A DNA stretch of 64,000 nt from Amoebophrya sp. A120 (GCA_905178155.1 CAJINV010000005.1:4873369-4937368), one strand, 5' to 3'. Positions 48,680 to 61,500 are shown, counted from the first letter of the stretch. Made by a program: numbers and translations. Notes: generated by a model from the sequence alone, not told the origin.

Positions 48680-49285
48680 GGGGCAAGACGTATAAGGAGG
48701 CGCGATGTTCTTCGGGTGTGGTTTGGAAGCGTTGCGGTGAACGACTTATTTTTTCCAGCGAGCACCGGTCTAATAATTATAATTTTCGGGCTTTGCTAGT
48801 ACTATCGCTCGTGCTTTCATGATCCCACATGAAAAAGCAGAAAGAAACAGACTCTGAGTTGTTGTGCTGACAACTCTTGTACAGTTCAAAGAAACACGAT
48901 TGTTTTAAGTACACATGCACGACTTTTCCTCTCATGCCACTTCAAAGCAATAGTACCACAACGCTTGCGAGATTCGATGATCTCGGTCTTCTGCTGAACT
49001 TCCACCAGCTCCTGTAAGGGGGTGCTTGTGTCGAGTTCGATTTGTGTTCGTCCATAGTGAAAAAAAATTTTTGTCTGTTGCAGCCTATCGGTAGTTCATG
49101 ATCATAGGTTGATCTACCTAAAAGCATCCAAAAAGTACCAAGGTGCAACTAAATCGGTCTACAACTGTTTCCAAACGAATCCAGCTTGTCCCAGCCTCTG
49201 TCCAGACCAAGATGCCAACCTAGCGCAGATTCGACTGTTCCCCGGGAGGGCGGCGGGGACCAAAGCTGCACCCGGTTGGGACAAA

Positions 49286-52200
49286 ATGCGGCTGCCGCGG
49301 AACAAGATCGCCTGGGTCTTAACCGCGCTGCTGGGTGGTAGCCACGTCAAAACATCAACCCTCGCACTCCGTGTGGTCCCCTACGACCCCTCCGACGGGG
49401 AGGACCGAAAGGAGCTCAACCCGCTGCTCCCCGATGCGAAGACGAACCGGATCCGCGAACCCAAGCAGTGGGTATCAAATGCAAATGTGTCTGGAAACTT
49501 GTGATGCTGGGTGGCGTATCATGAGGAGGCCACACGTGCTGGCTCTGCATGACAAGTCTCCGAGCTGTTCTAGGTGTTGCCTATTCCGCATGACGAAAAT
49601 GCGCTTCTGCTGCATGACAGAAAAGTGGCGGTCTTGGGTAACTTGCGTGACAGGTTTGAGAGTCATGCCAGACAAGCATGACAAACATGCACTCTACTTC
49701 CAGACCCAGACGTATTTGCACTTGATAGTGGGGCCGCGGGTACTACATGGTGGTGACGCCGTATGCAAGAAAAAAACTGTGTAAGTGTAAATTTGTGTTG
49801 CAGAACATGCAACAGAGTTACACCTGTCATGCCAGACAGCCATGAAGTCCTCTACTCGTGTGTGTTTTCCCTTACTAAGCCACGCATGACAGGTTTTCTC
49901 TGTCATGTAGAGCAAATTTGTGATGCTGTCAACCAAAGAAAGTTACACGAACGCAGTTTTTTTCTTGGATACGCCGAAGGGAATTCCGCTCCTGAACCCG
50001 CGGTGGTTGCCGGACAAGTCCGAGATTCCGCCGTATATCAAATGTAAATATGTCTGGGTCTGGAAGAATGCAACTTGTCATGCTGCATTTGGATTCCAGA
50101 AAAATCTGTATTGCATGAGTACCAAAAGGAATGTAATTTTTGCTACGCGGAGAGGGCATTTGTCATGCGGAATAGGCATCAAGAAGCTCTGAGAAAATCT
50201 GTGATACTAGGGCATGCATCACAGACATCAGGGCTCATGCAAAACGTGCATGACAAGTGTCAGAATGTTCCAGACCCAGACACTTTTACAGTTGATACCG
50301 TACGAACAGAAAAAAATCCCGCCCAACAACAAAGTGGACGAGTTTAAGTTTGAGCAGGGGGATGTTTTCCAGGCGAAACTGGAGTCCATACGGAAGAACG
50401 GGGAGGACATCCAGCGGTACTTGCGGATCTCAGAACCCTTATGAGAGTGCACAACTCCCCTGTCTCCCTCATTTGTCATGCAAATCACCTAATTTACGCA
50501 TGGGCTCGTGGCACTGTTTGCATGACAAGTTCTGGCAGCCCAAAGAGCACTACACGCCTGTCCATATGTGTCATGCAAAACCTGTATTCTTGCTGAGTCA
50601 GCAAGAATACAGCAATAACATGCATGAACAGCAATACAAGCGTCAGCAGCTGACGCTTGTATTGCTGTTCATGCAATTACACAAATGAGGGGGAGTTGTG
50701 CACTTTCATAACTCTGCAAGGCCTGGGTGCCGGTGTTTGAATCGATGGGCGGGGAGCCGATGATCAAGCGGATTGTGGAGCACGAATTTGTGGAAAGGGG
50801 GATTCCGGTGCATTTCCGCCTCCCGGCCAACGATCTCGTCGAGGGTGAAACGCTTTACGAGCGGAAACTCCAGGAAGAAGCAAAACCGGAGGAAGAGCAC
50901 GTCACGCAGCCGAGGAAAATCACGACGGAAAAGGTGCCGACCGAATCCGACCCGGCGTCGGAAACGGAGAAAAAAGCAAATTCCATCGTCGTGGAAGAAG
51001 CGAAGGAAGTGGAGAAAAAAGCAACGGACAAGTGGAAGAAAATCATCATGGCGAAAAAGAAACTAATCGCCGATGCGAAAGAGTCGGGAAAGCCGATTTC
51101 CAAAGTCATTGAAGAAGCCAAGCCGAAGGTGGAAACGAAAAAGACTTTGACCACGGAAGAGAAGAAAAAGGACCTGATAGTCCCCCCTCTCGGGAAGCCG
51201 AAGGCGAATAACGCGGGTGGGGCGAAGGAGAAACCAGCAGAGGCGGCTGATGCCACGGGAAAAGCGAAAGCAGAAGCGAAACCGAATATTAAATCAGCCG
51301 CCGTTACATCAACAACTGAAGCAGTTGTTCCACCGCTTCCACCTACCACCCTCGTGCGGACGCAAACCCCCGTGCCGGTTATCCAGGACGTAAATTGTCT
51401 GAGTAAGAAATGCGAAAAGGGGTTTGAGTGCGTCAACGGATTTTGTGAAAAAGTGCCGAATATCAAATGCAGAAGTGTCTGGGTCTGGGAGATTGCGAGA
51501 CTTGTCATGCTAGTCTGGCATGACTCTGAACTCTGTATTGCGTGGCCGCGAAGCGCTCCGCTTGCCTGTCATGCAAAAACGCAGTTTCCCATGCGGAGTA
51601 CGCAACTCAGAACCACGGCAAAACTTGTCATGCTGGGCAGCGCATTACAGTGTTTCCGCTATTCCCTTCCTTACATCACAAGTTTCCAGACCCAGACATT
51701 TTTACATTTGATACCGAATCGGGAGCACAGTTTGTGCGTCGTTCACGAGTGCTACTGGATCCGGCAGCAGGGAAGGGCTTCTGCTCCGCCACCGCCTCCG
51801 AAAGTAGACGCAGCTTCTTTGTTCTTTCTGCAACACAAATACAAGTATCACGACAGACATCTGCAAGACCCTTCGTCGCAAAACAATACTGCGAAAAATA
51901 ATGCAGTAAAAAATGAAACCGCATCTACTGCTCCCCCCTCAGAACCGCCGGAGCAGCCCACTTTGACCGCGCCGAGAACGCAGTTTCAGAACCACACCGA
52001 GGAGAAGTTTGTCGTGAACCACGCTCCTAACGCAACGACGATGACGACAGACCCGCACGCAGCGATTGGATTGACGAATGACACCACGAAACTGTCGCGG
52101 AAAGCGCTGATGAAGAAGAAAACCGCGGTGGACCACTGTTCGAAGATTTTCGAGAAAGCAGATTGCACCGCGGCAAAAACGGATGGGATGTGCAAGTGGA

Positions 52201-52556
52201 AGCAAACCGATGCGCCGGCCTGGTTCCGGATCGAGGAAAAGGAGACAGTCGAGCCGGATATAACCCGCTCAGTGTGTTACAATCCCAAACGTTACAATGG
52301 AATCTGGAATTTGTGTTGCAAGCAGTGCATTCTCTAACCAACTCGCATATGATTGCGCATGACAAGTTCTGGAGTCCCAATCCGCCCTACAGTCTGGAGA
52401 AATTTGTATTGCAAAAAGTGGAAGGCTGGCCGAGTTTGTCATGCTCATCATGCAATACAAAACCCAGACTCTATTGTAACGTTTGAGATTGTAACGCTTG
52501 AGCAGGTCATACCGGAGTTCGATTGTTTCGGGTATCCGAAGGTGCCGGATTTTTGA
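49286..52556 (+). CDS. Predicted secreted protein with a Lys/Glu-rich middle and small Cys-rich modules
   Basis: MRLPRNKIAWVLTALLGG signal-like start; 6 introners; CLSKKCEKGFECVNGFC and CSKIFEKADC...CKW modules; ends EPEFDCFGYPKVPDF*. Confidence 0.75.
49473..49727. mobile_element. Introner family A
   Basis: TIRs; TSD GTGGG. Confidence 0.95.
49762..49971. mobile_element. Introner family H
   Basis: TATGCAAGAAAAAAACTGTG / CGCAGTTTTTTTCTTGGATA; TSD CGCCG. Confidence 0.93.
50036..50297. mobile_element. Introner family A
   Basis: TIRs; TSD CCGTA. Confidence 0.95.
50440..50710. mobile_element. Introner family F with an internal double palindrome
   Basis: TIRs; TSD ACCCT/ACTCT. Confidence 0.93.
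51461..51713. mobile_element. Introner family A (open in frame within ORF 50727-52337)
   Basis: TIRs; TSD CCGAA. Confidence 0.95.
52259..52511. mobile_element. Introner family G
   Basis: TATAACCCGCTCAG...CTTGAGCAGGTCATA; TSD CCGGA. Confidence 0.95.
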
Positions 52557-52576
52557 TTTTGTAGATTCTAGTAAGC

Positions 52577-52830
52577 TATGCATTGCAAATGTGTCTGGGT
52601 CTGGAAAGGTTGAACCTGTGTTGCGTGTATCGCATTCCTAGAAAATCTGTATTGCATAAGCAGCAAAAGTAGCACCGCACTTTCGTCATGCGAAATCGCA
52701 GTTTGTAATGCGTGCTGCGCATGAGAAAGCGTTTGAAATATTTGTCATGCTGCACTGCGCTTCAAGGCGCGCCCAATCATGGCCATTCAGCATTGCGAGT
52801 TTCCAGACCCAGACATATTTGCATTTGATA
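52577..52830. mobile_element. Introner family A just 3' of the stop codon
   Basis: TIRs; TSD TAAGC/GAAGC. Confidence 0.93.
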
Positions 52831-53786
52831 GAAGCAGCTGGGAAGTTCGATTGTTTCGGGTATCCGAAGGTGCCGGATTTTTGATTTAGGATATTCTAGT
52901 AAGCAAGTGTGAGGCTGGTTTGCAAATAGAACTACAGATGGACTATGAGACAGTGATTTTTTTTTTCCAGCGCACTGTGTGCCACGTGAAGTAGAGCGTG
53001 ACAGTGTGGGTCGCATATTTTTTTAAGAAAATTATCCACAGAACCGGCACGATAGGCCTTCTTGCCGCGTGCAGGCTTTTCTCGAGAACAAGTGTTGGAT
53101 ATTGAAGTTGGTCACCAGCGCGGCCGAGCTGAGAGGAACCACACGAGCGCGATGTGAGAAGAAAGCAAGATCACTGTATGCTGAAAAAAGAAATTTTATC
53201 GGTCGTGAAGATAATGTATGAATCAGATTCAGATGATAAGTAGCTTTTGGTATTAGTAAAGTAAGATGTCAACAATCATGCGTGCAGCTGCGAACGTGAA
53301 AATGTAGACCGGAGTCAAGATCAAAATGTCAATTTGCACGGCGGAAGATCTGCTAGTCGAGCATTTTTTTACGATGATCCAAATCCACTAATGTACAAAT
53401 CTAGGTCGTAATCCTGACAAAGCTACAGCAGCACTGCGAGATCCTTCCAACCCTTAGAAAATTCCCCTTAACTACACCTACCGGTGCGGTTTACCGTAGC
53501 CAAGAGCGGACTTTTTAAATCTCGATCGCAAGGAAATTTTCAAAGAATATTGCTCTTGATCACCTTTCATCTATTCTCACATCCGGTTTCTGTCGCAACA
53601 GGTTTTCGCAAGTAGGATTCAACCTTGATTTAGAAGTACAGTGTTTACACTACGTCCGAACTAATTCTTTCCTCTACTTCTCAAACGTACTATACTTTAC
53701 ACCGCGACAACTTTTTTCCACCGTCTTTGTGACTTGTTTTATCATCAGTTTACTAGTTTTTCAGCCACACAAACAAATCCACCAAA

Positions 53787-55706
53787 ATGGCCTCCACCGA
53801 CGTCGCCGCCGCCGAAAAAGCCAGCAAGGCTTACCCGCTCGCCTCCCACACTCTGCAGACCAGCATTTTGGATTTGGTCCAGCAGGCAGCCAACTACAAG
53901 CAGCTGAAGAAAGGTATAGTTATCGCACAGACCACATATCGAAGAAAATATGTTTTTGTCCTGCACAACATCGCAAGAGTGCTGTTGTCTCTGATGGTGC
54001 TGTCAAAACATGAGGCATTATCATCCTCACGCTAGGAAAAAATCTATCACAGGTGCGAACGAGGCCACGAAGACGCTGAACCGTGGTACCTGCGAGATTA
54101 TCATCCTCGCTGCGGATACCGAGCCGCTGGAAATCCTGTTGCACCTGCCGTTGGTGTGCGAGGACAAGAACGTGCCTTACGTTTTCGTCAAGTCTCGGGC
54201 TGCTCTGGGTATTATAGGGGTTTTTTTTATCATGCGGAATTTGCATTCTGCGTGAAAATTTTTTTCGCAAAAATGATTGTTTCAACTACGACCCCTCAGA
54301 CGAATTGGACCTAACCTCACGGCCAAGTACCGCCGCAACGACTACCAAATGTAAAAATGTCTGGGTCTGGAAACTTGTGATGCTGGGTGGCATATCATGA
54401 GGAAGCCACAACTGCTGGCTCAGCATGAGAAGTTTCTGAGCTTCTAGGTGTTGCCTATTCTGCATGACAAACTCATAAAGAAAGAACTTCGTAAAGAAAG
54501 AACTTCGTAAAGAAAGAAAGAAGCAAGCACTTCGTATTTTGAAAGCGTCGCGCTTCGTAAAAGCACTTCGTTTGTTGGAGTCGCTACGTGATGAAGCAGA
54601 TAGCTCATGTAGAAATAAGCAGCAGATACTTCAACGCGTGCGCAGCTTGCGGGGGGGTGACTCCTGTGGTCCCCCCCCACTCGTTGCGCCTTTTTCCAAA
54701 ACTGCAGGGACTTGCTTCCTTTTTTTTCCAGCAGTGGCTGGCGGGGTAAGATCAAGGCCGGGGCTAGTGACATTGTTGCAAAGTCATAGGGCGCAGAGTC
54801 TGATAGCAGTAGCACACAGCACCAAAATACTTAGCCCATAGCGTTTTCCGAAGTTCCTCAGTGGCTGCACCTCGCCTCTCTGTCTTAGTCAAAAACATAA
54901 GCACAAAATGGACTGGCGTAGCCGCGCACATGCATGCACGCGGAGGGGAAGATGGAATAGAAGGGTGGCGGCAACGCGGGAGCCAGGACGCAGCCCGGAT
55001 TTTATCAAAAAGGTACGGCCTAAGGCCTCGGGAACGCCGAGCACACCCGCGCACTTCTTCGTGAATCGCCCACCGCTTTTTGTGCGTCAGCTGTGTCGGA
55101 ATAAAAAAAAAAAAGAAAAAAAGAAAAGGAAGAGGACGCAACAAAAAAAAAAAAGAAAAAATAAAAAGAAAAGAAAAAAGAAATCAGCGAAAACCGACCG
55201 GCGTGCGAATTGCCTAGCAAAAAAAAAAAAAAAAGTATGCATAACAAGTTGCATTTGTATTGCATGTAACCAAATTCAATTTCAACCATAAAACAGGTCG
55301 TGCTTGCGGTGTTAACCGGGCGGTGATTGCCTGCTCTATCACGAGCAAGGAGGGGTCTCAGCTGATATCCTATTTAAAAACGTCCCCACCCCATAGTTCT
55401 AGTTGTAATGCAAATCTGCAGGCTGAAAATGTTTCTCATGCGGAGCCCCATGAGAAGCATTTTACAGTCGTGCGTTGGAATTTGTCGTGCTCCAATCAGC
55501 ATGATATACTAGATCTGAGATGCTACTGAGCTAGGTCAAACAGCACTACGCTACAAATCCAAATTTGTCATGCAAAACAGCCAAAACTTGCGGATTTGTC
55601 TAGCCGATTCCCGATCTTGACTACGGTGTGGGGACGTTTTTCCTTTTGATAGCTGAACTCGCAGATTCAGGACTTGAAGGACCAGGTGGAACAGATCCTG
55701 ATCTAA
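53787..55706 (+). CDS. SNU13: SNU13/NHP2L1 (15.5K) U4/U6.U5 tri-snRNP and box C/D snoRNP protein
   Basis: KAYPLA...[16 protein letters not shown]|[12 protein letters not shown]...[34 protein letters not shown]|[23 protein letters not shown]|[16 protein letters not shown]. Introns: 53914-54052 (GT-AG), 54209-55296 (GT-AG), and introner 55366-55651. Confidence 0.97.
54343..54472. mobile_element. Half family A introner inside canonical SNU13 intron 2
   Basis: One TIR; colinear with the left half of the 49473 copy. Confidence 0.85.
55366..55651. mobile_element. Introner family B in the SNU13 CDS
   Basis: TIRs; TSD GCTGA. Confidence 0.96.
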
Positions 55707-58588
55707 GGAGGAGATTTGTCATGCTGTGACGACATGAGGAGTAGATTCAGGACTTGAGGAGATTTGTCATGCTGTGACGACATGGATATTAAACCGACGA
55801 TGAAGATTTGTGATATGGAAAGAACCGACGATGAAAATTTTATCCGAGGAGATTTATTTCGGGAGTAGTTCTAGACTCAAGGAAGAAACTGTACTACAAA
55901 ACAAAGAAGAAACTGTCGCCGAGCTCAGATATGGAAAGCAACAAAGTATGACGAGGAGATGGAGAACAACAACTAGACCGAGCAAGGCGGGATGCTATGA
56001 TTTTTTTGGAGATGTTGAACAAGGAGCTTTTGCAACTATCGAAAACCACTATCTCTGCTGCAACCAAGATGAATTTGACCGGTGACGGAACAACGGAACC
56101 AGAAACCGCGCGCACTGATACAACAACTATCGAGAAGAAATTATAGCTGATCTTGCAATCGATTACGTTCGAATGGAAAAAAAAACGGAGAAGCGAGATG
56201 ATGAAAAACAAAAGGGCAATGAAGCGGATTTTCTTTTATGAAAAGAACATTTTGGGATCTGGTTTGTTGTGCAGTATACAGCGCTGCATGACAAGCTCGA
56301 TCAGTAAAATAGCATAATTTAGACATAAAGTTAATCAACGCTTCATAATTCTTTTTTGCGAGAACAGAAAACCAACCAGCCGCAGCACCAATGCTACCAA
56401 ACGCACACACGCCGCAGCGGATAGATGACCATGCCAAATATCATACACCACAGTACAAGAAGCACAACACTGAGTTCTTATTTCTGCGAATTTTTTTTAC
56501 TTAGAGATATATCATTTCATAAACCCACGTAGAAGCAGCTGCATAGCAATAGTTCTTTTAGCGTCGAGTTAGCCACCGCGTAAGATGATCGGAGGATTAA
56601 AATGACTAGATTCAGATCATGCACCAATCTCCTGCACTCGTTGCAGAAGAAGATCTGAAAATGAAATGATTATTCCAGTGAAGATTTGCAAGGCTAATTC
56701 TCAGTAGGAGTGCGGTGTGTCGTGTAGGTGCTGTTTCGAGACTTTGTCATACGCCACATGATAGTAGACGAAGGCTGTTGGTCAGATTGGATTTGGAAAA
56801 AAAAACATGTGCTGCAAAAATGATCCAAGATCGCGCGTTTCTCTCCATGAAAACTACAAAGTTTGTATTGCATAAAACACAACAACATCTGTTACAGTTA
56901 GCCGCGCTGCGCAGCATCGTGCTCAGGAAAAAGCTGATGCCGTAGCCGCGAATGAGGCATTTGATTTCTACAAGCTGTGACTGTATCAGTGTTCGCGAAC
57001 TGTTGTATGCGAATAGGATATAGCAGTGCTAAGGAGCACCGTACTTGTGTCAAGTCTGTCGTAGGAAAAGCGGTAGCGAACAAAGCAAGCCAAAGAAATC
57101 GGTCGGATAGCAGGTCTACCACTGACAGAAAGGTTCGAACTCAACAATTTTGATTTCTAAGTAGCAAGATGTCTTGCCACTGTGCGCTCAACATGTGAAG
57201 ATTTCAACCTCTGACAACTCTGAGTGTAGAAGTAGCCCTCTGTGTACTGTGCAGCTGTCACCGCACGTGAAAGAACAATGATCGGTCTGCAATCTGTGCT
57301 GCGAAGAAGTGTCTGTCATACTGCGACTCATACGCAGAAGTCTGAGTGCTGTTGTGAATTCATATCTACTGCATTGTGCTACTGGTATTCTATGTGATGT
57401 ACTACTGTTGTCAATCCAACATCAATTCCGCACTCTTCGCTGATATTCCCCCTTCCAGGAGTTCCAAGAAAGTTCGAGGCGAACCTGCTTAAGATTGATA
57501 GTGAGGAAATCTATAGGTGCGTAGAATCCAACCCTCCTATTTACTCCGATACTCCTACCACTAAACTTTCATCCACGATTAACGATCAATAGTACAATCA
57601 CAACACATCACAATTTGAGAGAAAACATTCGCACATCTGAGTAGAAAAAGCACATCTTTATTTACAACTTAAAACTTCACAAGACCTCGCAAAGACCTGG
57701 GAGCTGCGAAACAATTGCTCCCCGTGTAGCGCAATCTTTGCAACACATTTCTTCAGTTTGTTACTTTACTTTACAACTCTACAAGTACTAGAAGTATTTG
57801 TGCCACCTCATATTATTGTTCACGTCGAAAAACTAAAACTAAAAACACCATATCATTATATCACCACAAATCCCAAAATCACCAAAAAATAAACCAAAAA
57901 AAAATAGGGACGTCGAGGGCATTGTATCTTCGGTAGGAGTTTTTTTCGAAAAAGTATAGTCGAGTTTTCACTTGTCCCAAAGTTGAAACCCGTTTACTAT
58001 AGAAAAGCGTGTGAAGAAACCTGTAGTCACTAATATTCTTCGAGCACAACTATTGATTATGCTACCATTCGCTTCACTCACTGAATTCTCGAGAGGACCA
58101 TTTTTTTAAACACCATATCATTATTTCAAACTTTTTTAAGTACCCCTTAATTACAGTTTGCTTTTTTCATATGAAATAGAAATTGTATCTCAAAGCATAT
58201 TACTTTTTCTAGCAGTTGTACCGTATCTATTATTTCCATTTACGTAGAGCATAATTTTGCACATAGTAAGCATCTTCTGCCGCCTTTTGCGGCTTGCATA
58301 GTTTCGTTTCTCGTTCTAGGTTTAGGATTCGTATTAGAAGTGATCAGAAAGTGTCGGTTGTTTCTACTACTGCGTAGGTACCATTGCATTTTCCAAGAAA
58401 AGTCGGTTGCCAGGAGCTCGTTGCTTGTTTCGGTTTCGTCGTTTTTGCTATCGCTGACTTTTACTCCTTATTGATACTGATACTGTACAAAATCTACGTA
58501 TTGAATATTTCACCGATATGTTTCTCTACACTCTACTTTTACACTATTTTGGTTACGATCCTACCTAAACATATACTAGTAGTTCAAG

Positions 58589-61500
58589 ATGGAGAAGAAA
58601 TCCCAACGCGGCGGCGGGGGCCTTTTCTACTTCGGGGGCCCACGGGCATTGCTGGGTCAACGACCTCCCCATAGTCGCGGACCACGACAGGAGAAAGCAA
58701 CTCCTTTCCCATTCAGCAGAATGGCGGGATCAACATCTTCGTTGTCCCTCCTCATCACGGTTGTATTCCTTTTCGCCGCAACAAGCTTCTCCACCACTGT
58801 AACAGCATCTTCCACCCCCTTGAAAACCCGCAGCACCGACAGTCTTGCCGTCGGCTATGACCTGCTCAAACGTTACAATCTCGAGCGTTCCAATAGCATC
58901 TGGATTTTGTCTTGCATGAAGAGCATGTGGAACGTATGCAGAGTTGCGCCTCTCGCAATACAAAACTCGCCGGATATTAGTGGGGTTTTGGGTGCCGAAA
59001 CTTGTCATGCGAAAACCTATGGGACTACGGTAGATCATGCACTTCCTGTATCACAGATTTCCATATTCTATTGTAACGCTTGAGATTGTAACACCTGAGC
59101 AAGTTATATCGGCGCGTCGGTTTTTCTAGAAACCGTCATTGAGTTCTCGCTGGAGGACCAGAAAGCGGTTGAATTGATGTATGGTGCGTCTTCCAACACG
59201 AAGAACTACCAGCAATCGTTATCAGCCTACAAGGAAAAAACCGGCAAGAGAAACCTCGCGAAGTATTTGAGGAAAGCGGTGTTCAACTATCTCGACAATC
59301 ACCCCAGGTTAGATATCACCAACACCGCGGGGAGTGAATTACTCAAGGAGGAGAACATCGCGGTCCGAATTCGGGACACGAAAGACTCGTTCACGAAGGC
59401 GAGATATGCATTGCAAATATGTCCTCTGGGTGTGGGAAGGTGGAACTTGTAGTGCGTGTCTGGCATTCCAGGAAAATCTGTGTTGCATGAGCAGCGAATG
59501 GACAGACTCCGGATTGCAAAAACGCAATTTGTAATGCGTGTTTAGGTAGTATCAGAAAGCGCCTCCAAAGCTTGTCATGCTTGGCTGCCATTGCAAGCGT
59601 TGCAATCGTGCGCAAATCAGCATCACAGTTTCCAGACCCAGACCTATTTGCAATTGATACGAGAACCGCGATAGAGGAAACCGATCCGGTTTTCAGCAAC
59701 AGCGACCTCGCGGACAACTATCTCAATTAAAAACGATCCCATCCCAGAGTTGTCATGCAGATTTGCAGTGACATGAAGATTTGTAATGCAAATCTCCATG
59801 AAAGGAATTTCCAGGCGTGTTTTCGAATTTGTAATGCTTTGAACTGGATAAGCAGATGGTTTTGTGATGCGGCTGTAGTTGCTAAACAGCACTACAGTAC
59901 AGGGAGGATCTTGTCATGCGTGAAAACTTCTTGATTTGTGTTGCGAGATCCCCATCTTGACTCTGGGGTCGTGGGGACGTTTTTACCCAGGATAACAACA
60001 CAAACATCGTGAACAGCTTAAAGCAGAGCAAATTTGAGGCGGTCATAACCGTGCAACTCACCCCGCGAAAAGCGGCGTATGAAAAACAGTCCGGAAGCGA
60101 CAACTACTCCGCAACCGCTCTCGCCCTGACCGGCGCGTACCGAATAGAACAGACCGGAAACGCAGGGTCAGCTACCACCTTCGCGGGCGACGCGGGGGTT
60201 GGGGTCGCGGCCTCGGTGATATCGCAACTGTTCGATGCGGATTTTGCCGTATGCATTGCAAAAATGTCTGGGCTTGGATGAAAGTTGTAATGCTACGTGG
60301 CGATTGTTGAGCGTACTCCTGACTGCAGACAAGCATGACAAACAATTCCGAGGACGCTTCCTGATGCGTAGCGCTAGCGCGCATGGCAACCTGCGCTTTT
60401 GCATGAGAAGGCAGAGTTCGTTTTATTTGTTGGTCATGATGCAATACAGATTTTGCAGGAATCCAAGACGCGCAATACAGGTTCCACTTTTATTCCAGAC
60501 CCAGACATGTTTGCAATGCATATGCCGCGGCAACCGGTGATTTCCAGCCGGGGATCCACCACTACTTGGGGCCGGTGCTCGTCGCGGAATCCGCGGTTTA
60601 TGCATTGCAAATACGTCTGGGACTGGAAGTATGCAAACTTGTGATGCGCACTTCACAAGACACAAAAATCTCTCATGCATAGGCAGCAAAAGTTGCTAGC
60701 TATCTGTCACCAAAATGGGGCATTTGTCATGCGGATTCGGCATTGCGGAAGCTTCTCGAAACCTGTGATGCTACAGCTTCTATGCCAGACCTTCTGTGTC
60801 ATGCAAAAGCAGCATGACTCTTGCAGACCCAGACAACACATTTGCATTTGATACAGTTGCATCGGGGACAACGTCGCAAACCCTCTTCGCGTCCACTTCC
60901 TTCAAGGTGGTGAAAAATAAAGTCCGCCCCTTGCCCCAAATCCGCGCCGCCTTCAACTTGAACAGCGGGACTTCCACTGCAATAGCGGGCGTTGGAAGTG
61001 GGGTCAGCAGAGCGCTGCAGCAAGAAGTGGTGGGAAAATACACGAATTTGGTGTTAGACCCAACGGTCCACATTTCTGCTTACGCGGTGGACAAGGATTC
61101 TCAGAAGGTGGACGAGGAGGGTCAGAAGACGCCCTGTGCCTACGAGCCGGGGTCGGCGGTGCCGGGGAAGTGGGAATTGTACATGTACAAGCACGGGCAG
61201 GCACCCGAGAACAACGGGTGGCGCGACATGCGGTACGGGCAAAACCCGAACGGTTTGAATTCCCTCTGCCCCCACCCTACATCCGGTAATGCGAAGATGG
61301 CGGAGGCGACGTTTGACCAGAAGTGCTACGAGGAGGTCCTGGCGGTGGGCGGGACCGGGGCCTGGGTGCGGCTCAAGCGGAAGGACGATGGGTGCATACC
61401 TGCTTCTCACGCTTTCGGCCCGGGGGAGCACTCTATCAACGGCCAGTACTCCATCGTGGCGACCTCGAGTGGGTTTTCGGGCGACGCGAAAATCGGCCCG

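Noticed and set aside
53493-53504. ACCGTAGCCA match to the start of the dinoflagellate spliced leader upstream of SNU13
   Set aside because: Only 10 nt match, the TTTTGGCTCAAG half is missing, and it lies about 285 bp from the ATG; compatible with chance.
53985-54030. Autoregulatory K-turn in SNU13 intron 1 (CTGA...ATGAGG)
   Set aside because: A hairpin is possible, but the canonical stem and flanking pairs required for a K-turn do not form convincingly.
54588-54803. Box C/D snoRNA (GTGATGA ... CTGA) in SNU13 intron 2
   Set aside because: The boxes are about 210 nt apart with no terminal stem and no rRNA guide I can recognise; needs Infernal or small-RNA data.
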